The translations under genes and the position numbers were made by a program. Positions 48,394 to 58,025 of a stretch of DNA of 64,000 bases are shown here, piece by piece. Below the pieces are notes generated by a model, which was given only the letters and a program-made list of their open reading frames with translations, ran no database searches and was not told where the DNA came from. Source of the DNA: an uncultured Planctomycetota bacterium (GTDB taxonomy: Bacteria > Planctomycetota > Phycisphaerae > Tepidisphaerales > Tepidisphaeraceae); the NCBI GenBank assembly GCA_963841915.1, contig CAWJEN010000005.1:768001-832000 (forward strand), in the 5' to 3' direction. Every line of letters begins with the position of its first letter. Position 1 is the stretch's first letter.

Positions 48394-48672
48394 CTAGCGG
48401 TCCAACCGCTTCTCCTCGCGGCGGACTTCGTCTGTTGTGGTCCGACGGAAGACGACGCCGGGGTGTCCAGGGTCGCGGTGCTCTTTGATCTCGGAGGCCT
48501 TGGCGACGGTCATCGGGTCGTGCTTTACAGCGGCGCGAACGTGGCCGACCTGGCGGCCTAGCCAGCCGAAGAAACCCTTGCCGGGGAGCGACTCGTCGAC
48601 ATTGGCCACGTCGGACACGGTAGGTCTTGCACGAACGAAACGAGCCGAAGGCGTCTGCCTTCGGCTCGTCAT
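48394..48672 (-). CDS. Hypothetical protein
   Basis: Co-oriented downstream of the beta-propeller gene; GFFGWLGRQVGHV...VFRRTTTDEV looks protein-like. Alternative start 48690. Confidence 0.6.
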   Translation of the reverse strand: MTSRRQTPSARFVRARPTVSDVANVDESLPGKGFFGWLGRQVGHVRAAVKHDPMTVAKASEIKEHRDPGHPGVVFRRTTTDEVRREEKRLDR

Positions 48673-48693
48673 CTCAAGACGTTGTTGCATCGA

Positions 48694-49938
48694 CTAAGGC
48701 AGCAGCATGGCCACTTCGCCGACCTGGCCGCGGCCGAGGACCGGGTCGATGGCGACGACTTCGCCGCTGAGGGTCGCGGCGAAGATGCGTGGGCCCTTCG
48801 TGTTGCGGGCGAACCGCTGGAAGTCGCTCCGCTCGCTTACGAAGAGTTTCTTACCAGACTTCTTGTCGTGAGCGGCGATGCGGCCGTCGTTCTGGAGCAG
48901 GTAGACGCGGCTGTCGTCGTGGCTCAGGAATGCGTAGGCGTCCTCGGCGGTCCACGCGGCCTGTCGGCTGTTGCGACTGCCGTCGAGCTTCGGCAAGGCG
49001 ACGACGCCGGTACCTGAGACGGCCTGGTAGACCCACTCGTCGGTCGGGACGGCCGCCTGATAGAGCGGCCGACCGGCGAAGTAGCGCCATTGCAGCTTGC
49101 CGCGGTCACGGCTCAGGACGTTGAGCGTGCCGTCGGTACCTGCGACGTAAACGCCGAACGTATCGACCTCGATGTTGGCGTTGATGCCACGGCCGGGCTC
49201 GCTCTCGAAGTAGGTGTTCGTCCACGCTTGGCGGAGCGATGCCGTCAGGCCGTACGTGCGACCTTCGAGGTCGGCAACGAAGACGCGACCCGCAAAGCTT
49301 GCCGGCCGCGAGGCGATGGCCCCGATCTGCACACGTTCGAGGATCGCGCCGTACGGGCGGAGCGGGTCGACCTTGAGCAACCGGCCGCCGTAATCGTCGG
49401 CCGAGCCGATGATGACGTTGCCGTCTTCAGTCGGTACGGCGGCCGTCGTCAGGCCGCGGGCCAGCGTCGTCTTGCTGACCTCGCGGCCGTCGTCGTTAAG
49501 GTTGACGAAGCCGCTGGCCGTCGGGAAGACCAGGACGCGCTCAAGCGCGCCCGCCCTGCCCTTGGCCGGCACGATGACCGGCGGGTAAAGCACGTCGTTG
49601 GGACGAACGACGGGCGTGATGAACTGTGTCCGGCCGCCACCGGCGCTGACGCGCTGGACGACCTTCTTGTCGGTGTAGACGAAGACGGAGTCGTCCCGCA
49701 GGAAGACTTGGTCGATGTCGCCGTGCCGGCTCGTGTCGAGGTTGACCCGCCAAGCGACTTGGAAGCTGTTGGGCTCGATGAGTCGCGAGCCCTGGGGCGT
49801 GGTGTCGACCGGTTGCGGCGAAGCACAACCGACGAGGGCAAGCCCGGCGACGGCGACGACTGCTGCGGGCAGGTCGCGGGTCAGGCGTCGCAGGAGGCGA
49901 GCCCGCTCGGGTGAAGCGGCGCGGTGCTTGGATCGCAT
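48694..49938 (-). CDS. PQQ-like beta-propeller lipoprotein (BamB-like)
   Basis: Lipobox LALVGC; repeats VYVAGTDGTLNVLSRDRGKLQW and DGRIAAHDKKSGK. Start approximate. Confidence 0.75.
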   Translation of the reverse strand: MRSKHRAASPERARLLRRLTRDLPAAVVAVAGLALVGCASPQPVDTTPQGSRLIEPNSFQVAWRVNLDTSRHGDIDQVFLRDDSVFVYTDKKVVQRVSAGGGRTQFITPVVRPNDVLYPPVIVPAKGRAGALERVLVFPTASGFVNLNDDGREVSKTTLARGLTTAAVPTEDGNVIIGSADDYGGRLLKVDPLRPYGAILERVQIGAIASRPASFAGRVFVADLEGRTYGLTASLRQAWTNTYFESEPGRGINANIEVDTFGVYVAGTDGTLNVLSRDRGKLQWRYFAGRPLYQAAVPTDEWVYQAVSGTGVVALPKLDGSRNSRQAAWTAEDAYAFLSHDDSRVYLLQNDGRIAAHDKKSGKKLFVSERSDFQRFARNTKGPRIFAATLSGEVVAIDPVLGRGQVGEVAMLLP

Positions 49939-50275
49939 CGAGGTCGAAACGGTAAACGAAGGAAGGTCGGTCACGGTGGCGGTCAGGTCCGGGCGCAAGC
50001 GGCGGCCTCCTCTTGAGGAGCGGTGTCGCGGGTGATCCGAGTGGCCTATCTCGCAGGGACCGGCGTGGCCCGGGGTGGGCCTGAGGTGGGAGGCGGAGGT
50101 GGCGAACACAAGGCACGCCGGTTCCGCCGGGCCGGTCGCGAGGGCGGCATCGGGCGGGGGTGGGTCAGGGAGCGTACCGCCCCCGCCGCACAAGCGTCAA
50201 TCGCCACGCACGTCCGAATACACGACCAGCCGGTCGCCATCCCCTCGGCCCCCTGCTCAGGGGGGCCATGTTGGG

Positions 50276-50977
50276 GTGGCGGACATTCCCGCCTCAGCGG
50301 CCCATGGTGCTGCCGTGGACACGGATGTCTCACAACTTCCTCCTCGTGCCTCGGTATGCGTCGCATGGGCCAAATTGGCCCTAGACGTGGCTGCGGCAAG
50401 TCGGGCGACGCGGGTTGCGCGGCTCGAGGACGGGCTGCGCCGGGTGGTGCTGGGGGGTACGAGGGGTACGGGGGGTCGGGAGGGCCAGGGGCGGCGGGTG
50501 GAGGTCCGGTGGCTTCGCAGGAACCTGCGAGGCCGCTGGATCCGCTCGCCGGGGCGCCCCATTACCGTCGGATCGGGCCAGGCATCATTCGCACTCGACA
50601 CGCAACCTGATGCGTCGGGCAGCGGCATCCGCCTTCACTCAGATGAAGCGACCGCAAGCGTCGTCTGCTGGGCTGGCGACGCAGCTTGTGTGGTCGGTGC
50701 AAGTGGAGACGACGCCGCCACCGTCGCGGCCGCGACGGCAACGATCGGGCTTCACGTCATTCAGGCCGTCACACTGCGACCGACACCGCAAGTACGGGCC
50801 AGCCACCGCCGCGTGCTCGACCTGCTGCTCAAGGGGCTGTCAGAGCCGGCGATCGCCGAGCAACTCGATATGACGGAAGCGGCCGTTCATGGCCGCGTGC
50901 GACGGATCTACAAGTCGCACGCCGTCACAAGTCGGCCGATGCTGCTGGCTCACTATCTGAAGCAGTCCGACAGTTAG
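50276..50977 (+). CDS. Protein with C-terminal LuxR-type HTH; start uncertain
   Basis: RRVLDLLLKGLSEPAIAEQLDMTEAAVHGRVRRIYKSHAVTSR; the N-terminal part is atypical and G-rich. Confidence 0.65.
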   Translation: MADIPASAAHGAAVDTDVSQLPPRASVCVAWAKLALDVAAASRATRVARLEDGLRRVVLGGTRGTGGREGQGRRVEVRWLRRNLRGRWIRSPGRPITVGSGQASFALDTQPDASGSGIRLHSDEATASVVCWAGDAACVVGASGDDAATVAAATATIGLHVIQAVTLRPTPQVRASHRRVLDLLLKGLSEPAIAEQLDMTEAAVHGRVRRIYKSHAVTSRPMLLAHYLKQSDS

Positions 50978-50983
50978 CCGCTG

Positions 50984-51691
50984 CTACTTCAGCTCGACCG
51001 TCCAGTACGCCTCGTCGAGGAACTGCTTCCACGACGCGTATCGGGCGTCGCCCAGCCGCACGTTGACGGTCGGCGACCGCTTGGGCTTAACGGGCCGGCT
51101 CAGTAGCTTCATATGCGCCTGCTCGGGCGTGCGGCCGCCCTTCTTGACGTTGCAGGCGATGCAGCACGTCACAATGTTCTCCCACGTCGTCGGCCCCTGC
51201 TGACTCCGCGGCAAGACGTGGTCGAGCGACAGCTCGCTCGTGCCGAACTTCTTGCCGCAGTACTGGCACCGGTTGGCGTCACGGGCGAAGATGTTTCGGC
51301 GGTTGAACTTCACCTCCTGCCGCGGCAACCGGTCGTAGCCCAGCAGCCGAATGATCCGCGGGACGGCGATCGGGAACCGCACCGTTCGGATCCAGTCGAA
51401 GCCGTCGGGCTCGAACTTGGCGTGCAGCTCGCTGAGCTCTGTCCACGACTCGAAGTCGAGGTTCTGCCACTGGCTGACCGTGCCGTCCTTGTGAGTCTCG
51501 ATGTGGATGACCTCGGCCAGCTCCTTGCACAGCAGGCCGAAGGCGCGTCGCACGTTGACGATGCGGACGGCTTGATAGTTGCGATTGAGCACAAGCACGC
51601 TGGCGGCAAGGCCACCGGACGAAAGGGCAAGTGCCGCCGAGGTGGTGCCGTGGTCGACGGCGAGATCGTTGAGAGTCGGTAGTCGGCGCAC
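50984..51691 (-). CDS. HNH endonuclease (McrA-like)
   Basis: VLVLNRNY, FNRRNIFARDANRCQYCG, LDHVLPRSQQG, CNVKKGGRTP; AGGAG upstream of GTG 51691. Confidence 0.92.
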   Translation of the reverse strand: MRRLPTLNDLAVDHGTTSAALALSSGGLAASVLVLNRNYQAVRIVNVRRAFGLLCKELAEVIHIETHKDGTVSQWQNLDFESWTELSELHAKFEPDGFDWIRTVRFPIAVPRIIRLLGYDRLPRQEVKFNRRNIFARDANRCQYCGKKFGTSELSLDHVLPRSQQGPTTWENIVTCCIACNVKKGGRTPEQAHMKLLSRPVKPKRSPTVNVRLGDARYASWKQFLDEAYWTVELK

Positions 51692-51918
51692 GGTTGAAAG
51701 GTCTCCTTCCTTCGCCCCCGTTGATCGAGGTCGATGGTGCCGAAACTCTACCCGCCGACCGAACATCGGCCAAGCCTGAACCGCGACGTCGGACGTCGGA
51801 GCGTGAGATTTATCATGAAATGAACACGCAGATCTGCAGCGTCACACGCTCCGTCCTTGGGCCAGCGTTGACAGTTCTTGCGCTCGCGCCGCAACCTTTG
51901 GGCAGTAGGGTTCTGAGC

Positions 51919-52740
51919 ATGACGACGCTCATGCGCAGTCTCATTGCTGTCATTCTTTTGCTTGCGGTGCTTCCGGCGTCGGCGAACCCATTTGCCGGTG
52001 ACGAGCCCAAGGCCTCGGTCGAGCTGCTCGTCGCCGCCGATGTCGTGCGGCCGGGGGACACCATTGCCGTCGGCATCAAGTTCACGATGCAGCCCGGCTG
52101 GCACATCTACTGGCAGAATCCCGGGGACGCCGGTCAGCCGCCGACGTTCAGTTGGAACCTGCCCAAAGGCTTCGAAGCCATTGAGCCGAACTTTCCAACG
52201 CCCATCAGCTTCGAATCCGGTGGCCTCGTCGGGTACGGGTACGGCGACACGATCATCTTCCCGGCGACGCTCACGGTTCCGAAGAATCTCATGAGTCGAG
52301 GCGGCGGGCTCACCATGGCTGTCGACTACCTCATCTGCGACGACAAAGTCTGCATCCCCGAGTCTGCCGTTGCGACCGCGGATGTCACGCTCGGCGGCTC
52401 GACCGAGATCAAGCAGAACGTCGTCGACGCCATCGAAGCCGCCAAGGCGAGCGTGCCGATTCCGGTGCAACGCAAGGACGACACGGGCGATCTGCAGGTG
52501 ACGCTGCGCGGCGTGACGAATGTCGGGCTGTTCCCGATGCCACCGGGCGACGTCGAAGCGACGCCCGGAGCCGTGACGCAGTCGTCTGACATCTACACGC
52601 TACCGCTTAAGACTCGCAAACTCGGTGGCGGTGACGTGCCGACCTTTCCGGCGGTCATCGGCTACACCGATAGCGACGGCAACCGCCGCGGCCTGCTCGT
52701 GACGATCACGCCGGCAGGTGCCGCAGGTGCAGCCGAGTGA
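51919..52740 (+). CDS. DsbD/DsbC N-terminal domain protein
   Basis: Signal peptide; GWHIYWQNPGDAG; ICDDKVCIPE. Confidence 0.85.
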   Translation: MTTLMRSLIAVILLLAVLPASANPFAGDEPKASVELLVAADVVRPGDTIAVGIKFTMQPGWHIYWQNPGDAGQPPTFSWNLPKGFEAIEPNFPTPISFESGGLVGYGYGDTIIFPATLTVPKNLMSRGGGLTMAVDYLICDDKVCIPESAVATADVTLGGSTEIKQNVVDAIEAAKASVPIPVQRKDDTGDLQVTLRGVTNVGLFPMPPGDVEATPGAVTQSSDIYTLPLKTRKLGGGDVPTFPAVIGYTDSDGNRRGLLVTITPAGAAGAAE

Positions 52741-52806
52741 CCTAAAGTATCCAGTTCACGCGCTACCGAATGATCGGCCGGCACATCACCCCTGAAGGAG
52801 CATCCC

Positions 52807-53454
52807 ATGATTCGCAACACCCTCATCGCCTCGATCGCATTGACTGCCGGTTTCCTCGCTTCGCCCGCCATGGCCGGCGAAGGCTGTTCGTCGTGCATGA
52901 GCGGCAAGACGACGGAAATCGCCGCCGACATGAAGGCCGCCGTCGGCCAGAAGGCACCTGACTTCAAGCTGATGGACCAGGAAGGCAAAGCCGTCAACCT
53001 GAGCGACTACGCCGGCAAGATCGTCGTGCTCGAGCAGTTCAACGACCAGTGCCCTTACGTCGTCAAGTTCTACAAGAACGGTGACATGAACGACATGGCC
53101 GCCAAGGCCAAGGAAATGGGCGTCGTTTGGCTGGCCATCGACTCATCGAACTTCTCGAGCGTCGAAGAAAACAAGGCCATCTCAGCCGAGTGGAAGATCG
53201 ACCGCCCGCTGCTCGATGACTCCGACGGCACGTTCGGCAAGATGTACGAGGCCAAGACGACCCCGCACATGTACGTCATCGACAAGGAAGGCATTCTCGC
53301 TTACGCCGGTGCCATCGACTCGATGCGCAGCACCGACGCCAGCGATGTCGCCAAGGCTGACAACTACGTCATGATGGCTGTCGAGGCTCTCATGGCCGGC
53401 GAAACGCCCACCCCCAGCGAGACCAAGCCGTACGGCTGCAGCGTCAAGTACTGA
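52807..53454 (+). CDS. Secreted redoxin/thioredoxin-family protein
   Basis: APDFKL, CPYV, AKTTPHMYVID, YAGAID, PYGCSVKY; AAGGAG ribosome-binding site. Confidence 0.9.
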   Translation: MIRNTLIASIALTAGFLASPAMAGEGCSSCMSGKTTEIAADMKAAVGQKAPDFKLMDQEGKAVNLSDYAGKIVVLEQFNDQCPYVVKFYKNGDMNDMAAKAKEMGVVWLAIDSSNFSSVEENKAISAEWKIDRPLLDDSDGTFGKMYEAKTTPHMYVIDKEGILAYAGAIDSMRSTDASDVAKADNYVMMAVEALMAGETPTPSETKPYGCSVKY

Positions 53455-53478
53455 CCTTCGTCCCTTCGGCCCCGGCCG

Positions 53479-53594
53479 GAGGAACGCGAAGGAACGATAG
53501 AGCGAAGGGCCGCGAAGACAGAAGCGAAGGTGGATTGCTCCACTTTTCTTCTGAACTTCGCGGCCCTTCGTCTCTTTGCTTCTTCGCGTTCCTC
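53479..53594. repeat. About 116-bp imperfect inverted repeat
   Basis: Nested arms GAGGAACGCGAAG/CTTCGCGTTCCTC, GAAGGGCCGCGAAG/CTTCGCGGCCCTTC, CAGAAG/CTTCTG and GTGGA/TCCAC around a TTGC loop. Confidence 0.85.
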
Positions 53595-53623
53595 TGATCG
53601 GCCGTCGTGCTTAGCTTGTGGGA

Positions 53624-54643
53624 GTGCACGGAGATGACTTTCCAAAGGATGGACAAGGGTTACCGACGCTGGGATTGGTCTGCCTCAGCAGTGACGAGCA
53701 GATCAAGTACCGCAGCCTGACGCGAGCGATCTACCTCAAGACGCCGCCGCGGCATCGGCGGTTGTTGTTGCTCGGGCTTTACTGGGACAACACGCACCGC
53801 CTGCTGCGGGCGCTCGATTACTGCGCACGCAGACACATCCGGCTCTACCGCGCGACCAGCGCGCTCTTTCCTTTCAGCGACGAACCGCTCGGCCGCGACG
53901 TGCTGCAGTCGATGCCGGCCACCCTTGCCAGCGTCGGCAGGCGGGCTCGCAAGCTCGGGATTCGTCTCATCCTGCACCCCGATCAGTTCGTCGTGCTCAA
54001 TTCCGAGAGTCGGCAAACGCGGGCAACGAGTGTCAAGATTCTGCAGAAGCACGCCCTGTGGTTCGATCTGTTCGGCCTGGAGGCCTCGACGTGGAACCTC
54101 ATGAACATTCACGGCGGAAAGGCTGGCCGGGCTGACGTGCTTGTGCGCGCCATCGACCGGCTCGACGACAACATCCGCCAGCGGCTGACCTTCGAGAACG
54201 ACGAGTACAGCTACTCGGCCGCCGAGATCCTCGAGATCAGCCGTCGGACCGGCTGCCCGACGCTCTTCGACTGTCACCACCACGTCATCAAGGACAAACT
54301 CGACAGCTACGATGATCCGAGCGTGACCGAGATGACGCTCGCTGCTCGCGAGACGTGGCCGAAGCCGTCGTGGCAGGTGTGCCACGTCAGCAACGGCGAG
54401 ACGGCCTTTCGGGATCGGTATCACGCAGAGTTTGCCCGCATGATGCCGAAGGCATTTGCAGACGTGCCCTGGCTCGAAGTTGAAAGCCGCGGCAAGGAGC
54501 AGGCGATCCTGGACCTGCGTCACCAGTGGCCGACAACGGGTGATCCGCCTGCGCACTTCCCGCTCCGCAAGCCGACAGCCGCCGAGTTGCGCGAAGCCGA
54601 AGCCGTGGCGGAGGGCAAGGCGGAGATCGAATACGCTGCCTAA
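53624..54643 (+). CDS. uvsE: UV damage endonuclease UvsE
   Basis: LGLVC, IRLYRATSALFP, HPDQFVVLNS, NIHGG, LTFENDE, FDCHHH, EVESRGKE. Start approximate. Confidence 0.92.
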   Translation: MHGDDFPKDGQGLPTLGLVCLSSDEQIKYRSLTRAIYLKTPPRHRRLLLLGLYWDNTHRLLRALDYCARRHIRLYRATSALFPFSDEPLGRDVLQSMPATLASVGRRARKLGIRLILHPDQFVVLNSESRQTRATSVKILQKHALWFDLFGLEASTWNLMNIHGGKAGRADVLVRAIDRLDDNIRQRLTFENDEYSYSAAEILEISRRTGCPTLFDCHHHVIKDKLDSYDDPSVTEMTLAARETWPKPSWQVCHVSNGETAFRDRYHAEFARMMPKAFADVPWLEVESRGKEQAILDLRHQWPTTGDPPAHFPLRKPTAAELREAEAVAEGKAEIEYAA

Positions 54644-54728
54644 CGGATGAACGTCATCCCTCGACTCCGGTCCGTTGCGTGCGGGACGAAGAACAGCGAC
54701 AGTGCCAGTTCAACTTCCAGCCGCACGC

Positions 54729-55385
54729 TCATTCGTCGCCTTTAGCCTTCCAGAGATACCAAGTGGCCACGCTTCGCCAGGGTCGCCAGTCGTCGGCGTA
54801 GCCGATGAGGTCCTTCTCGCTCGGCCGTTCGTTTAGATCGAAGGCGCGGCGGACACCTTCCCGCATCCCGAGGTCGCCGATTGGCCAAACATCGGGGCGC
54901 AGCAGGACGAACATGAGATACATCTGTGCCGTCCAGACGCCGATGCCTTGCACGGCGGTCAGCTTCGCGGTTACGGCGGCATCGTCCATCTGCGGCAGGT
55001 CCGCCAGCACGAGTCGCTTGTCCATGACGTGCCGTGACAGGTCGACTAGGTAGCGACGCTTCTGCCGACTGACGCCGCACGATTGAATCGTCTCGTCGTC
55101 CCAGCAGGTCGGCGCGTCTGGATCGAGAGCGGCAATGACCTTTCGCGGCGTCGTTGTCTTGGCCGTCATACGACCAACAAATCTGCCGTACAACGTTTGT
55201 GCTCCTTTCACCGACAACTGCTGGGAAAAGATGCTCAGCACGAGCGCGTCGAAAGGCTTTGGCAGCGGAGCGAGCTGGCACGGGCCGACATCGCGAATGA
55301 CGCGGCGGAGCACAGGGCTGAGTTGGGACAGCGCTTGCTCGGCCTCGCTCCAGTCAGGCACCGCTCGCTTGTCGTCGAACCACAC
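54729..55385 (-). CDS. DNA-3-methyladenine glycosylase, AlkA/HhH-GPD family
   Basis: SIFSQQLSVKGA, GVSRQK, LTAVQGIGVWTA, RPDVWPIGDLG, WRPWRSVATWYLW. Confidence 0.92.
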   Translation of the reverse strand: MWFDDKRAVPDWSEAEQALSQLSPVLRRVIRDVGPCQLAPLPKPFDALVLSIFSQQLSVKGAQTLYGRFVGRMTAKTTTPRKVIAALDPDAPTCWDDETIQSCGVSRQKRRYLVDLSRHVMDKRLVLADLPQMDDAAVTAKLTAVQGIGVWTAQMYLMFVLLRPDVWPIGDLGMREGVRRAFDLNERPSEKDLIGYADDWRPWRSVATWYLWKAKGDE

Positions 55386-55461
55386 GCCGAAGCTTAAGGG
55401 GCTTCGTCGGGAACCTTGGCGTCGCTTCGGATATTGACAATGCTCTGCTTATACTGCCGAC

Positions 55462-56273
55462 GTGACACAGACGATGCAGACGGACCTGCCCGATGATGAC
55501 CAGCCGACCGACGCGCTTGCGGGTGTGGCAGAGAAGCTCGAGCAGGTCCGCGCCGCATTGCTGATGCGTGTGATCGAGCCGGCCGCAGACCGTCGGCGGT
55601 GACGATGGTGGCTGTGACGAAGTACGCTGCGCCGGAGCAGGCACGGGCCATTGTGCGGCTCGGCGTGGCCGACTTGGCCGAGAACTACGCCCAGAACCTG
55701 CAGCAACGGGCGGCCAACGTGGGCGAGTACCACAACCGACTTCGCCAAAGCGGTGCCGCTGACGTTGCTCCGGAAGTTCGATGGCACCTTGTGGGTCATC
55801 TGCAGCGGAACAAGGTTAAGGCCGTGTTGCCGCACCTGACGATGCTGCAGACGCTCGATTCGCTGCGACTGGCAGAGGAACTGGAGACACAAGTGCCCAA
55901 GCTGCTGGGCGAGGACGCCCGGTTGCCGGTGCTCATGCAGGTCAACTGCAGTCAGGAAGATCAAAAGAGTGGCGTGGCCGTCGGTGCCGCTCGGCACCTT
56001 GGCGAGCAGATCGCCGACATGCGTGGCCTGCGACTCATGGGTCTCATGACGATGGCCAAGCACGACGCGACGGAAGACGAAGCGCGGCAGACCTTTGCCC
56101 GCTGTCGAGAGATCTTCGAGGAAATGCAGAAGGCTGGCGTTGCAGGCGACGACCTGCGGCACCTGTCGATGGGCATGAGCGACGACCTGGAGGCCGGAAT
56201 TCTCGAAGGTGCCACCGTGCTCCGTGTCGGCAGCGCGCTCTTCGGCAAGCGGGAAGAGAACCCAAAGCTGTAA
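55462..56273 (+). pseudogene. yggS: YggS/PLPBP protein with an apparent 1-bp frameshift near 55553 (pseudogene or sequence error)
   Basis: VAVTKY, AENYAQ, WHLVGHLQRNK, LSMGMSDD, RVGSALFG. The N-terminal helix (KLEQVRA / RIADACDRAGR) is split across two frames. Confidence 0.8.
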
Positions 56274-56367
56274 GCGTGCAGTGTTCGAAAGCAGAGGCAC
56301 CAATCCGCCGCTCGACGAGCCGCAGGGCGCTGTCGTTACGCATCAGGTCTCTGACGATGGACAGGGC

Positions 56368-57744
56368 TCACTCGTCGTCGTGACGACGAAGCAACCGCTG
56401 AAGCAACCCACGGCCGCGACGGGCGAACCGGGCGGCGGCGAGACGAACGCGGAGCCGTCGCGTCATGCGATTGCCCGGCTCAATCTGACAAGCATCGGCA
56501 ATCACCACGGCGGCGGCGTCGAGTTCACGTAGCTCCAGCAACGCCAGACCGAGATTGTTGGCGGCGAGAATGTTCGACGGGTCGAGCTTGAGCGAGCGAC
56601 GACTGGCCGTAACGCCGGCGAGGTGTTGCCCACGCCAGCACTCGGCGACGCCGAGATTTTGCCAGGCAGCCGAGTCGGCCGGGGCGACGGCGACGAGTCG
56701 CTTGAAACACGCGACGGCGCGATCGACGTCACCGACATCGAGCAGCAGGCCGCCAAGTTCGCGAAGGGTGTCGACACACTCGGGCCGGCGCATCATCTCC
56801 GCCCGGCAGTGCCGACGGACGCCCACGGCATCGTCGAGCCGGTGTGCGAGTCGCGCGAGCATCAGATGCCCACGCGGAAAGCTGTTGTCGAGCTGCACCG
56901 TCCGCCGCAGAGCAACGCTCGCCTCATCGAATCGCCCGATCGCCAGGAACCGACGACCGGCCAAAAAGTGGCCACGCGGATCGTCGGGCTCGAGTCGCAC
57001 GGCCCGCTTGATGCGGTCACCGGCGGCTTCGTACTGACGCTGTTCGAGCAGTAGTTCGCCCAGCCCCATAAGGGCGTCGCGGTGCGTCGGGTCGCGACCG
57101 AGGACGCGGAGGTAAAGCCGCTTGGCCTCGGCAATGTCACCGGCAACGCCACGAAGCGCGTGCAGCTCAGCCAACCGCAGCAGCGATTCGGTGGCGAGGG
57201 CGACCTGCCCCGTCGGCGTCGCAAGTTCGTGCGCGTGACGCCAGCACCACTCGGCCCGCTCATAGGCCTCGCGGGCGGCAAGACTTCGGGCCACGTGGTA
57301 AAACGCAGCGGCACACTCTTCGCGAGCCTGCACCGCCAGGTAGAACATCTGCTCGGCCCGGTCGTGATCGCCTAGCTCGGCATGCACTTCGAGTCGGCGG
57401 ACCAGGGCGTCGGCATCGTCAGGACAGACGGCCGAAACACGCTCAAATGCCGCTAACGCGTCACGCCACTGCCTTAGGGCAATGAGGGCTTCACCATGGG
57501 CAAAGGCGTAGGCGGCTTCTTTAGGGTCGGCCTCCGACGCACGGCCAAGCGCGGTGGCGGCTTCTTCGAGTCGGCCCAGACGCGACAGACAACGCCCGAG
57601 CTCGTAATGATGCCGTGGATTACCAGGTTCCAGCTCGGCGGCAGCACGCAATTCTTCAAGAGCCTCCAGCGGACGACGCCGGCGCAACAACAGTCGCGCC
57701 CGCTCCACCCGGCCTTCGGCGTCTTGCCAGAACTCGCTGTCCAT
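56368..57744 (-). CDS. Tetratricopeptide-repeat protein
   Basis: Many roughly 34-aa repeats, e.g. AAELEPGNPRHHYELGRCL and AAWQNLGVA. Confidence 0.88.
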   Translation of the reverse strand: MDSEFWQDAEGRVERARLLLRRRRPLEALEELRAAAELEPGNPRHHYELGRCLSRLGRLEEAATALGRASEADPKEAAYAFAHGEALIALRQWRDALAAFERVSAVCPDDADALVRRLEVHAELGDHDRAEQMFYLAVQAREECAAAFYHVARSLAAREAYERAEWCWRHAHELATPTGQVALATESLLRLAELHALRGVAGDIAEAKRLYLRVLGRDPTHRDALMGLGELLLEQRQYEAAGDRIKRAVRLEPDDPRGHFLAGRRFLAIGRFDEASVALRRTVQLDNSFPRGHLMLARLAHRLDDAVGVRRHCRAEMMRRPECVDTLRELGGLLLDVGDVDRAVACFKRLVAVAPADSAAWQNLGVAECWRGQHLAGVTASRRSLKLDPSNILAANNLGLALLELRELDAAAVVIADACQIEPGNRMTRRLRVRLAAARFARRGRGLLQRLLRRHDDE

Positions 57745-58025
57745 GCGGAACCTTCTTTACGATGAGCGACCTTGGCGAAAGGCGGCCTCGGCGGGGCCAC
57801 CTGGTCGGCCACGGGCGCGACGCATTCTTGCGTCGGGCCTGCGGACAGCGGTAACCTTAGCCGATGATTGGGGTTGCCGCAACGCCGCTTCGCAGAGCGG
57901 CGTCGGTTTCTTCTATAACGTTCGTTCTACCGCCTGCGATCCGGTGGCTGCTCTAGGATGAACACCGGCCGGGGTCGATGCCACGGTCGGTCTGCAGGTC
58001 GCGAACGGGAACCAGAACCATCTAC

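Noticed and set aside
50984..51691. HNH gene as a mobile or defence element
   Set aside because: Host-like composition, common stand-alone family, and no flanking repeats or partner genes.
53624..56273. uvsE, alkA-like and yggS as one repair operon
   Set aside because: Orientations are convergent then divergent, each gene has its own promoter-like hexamer, and there is no evidence of a functional unit.
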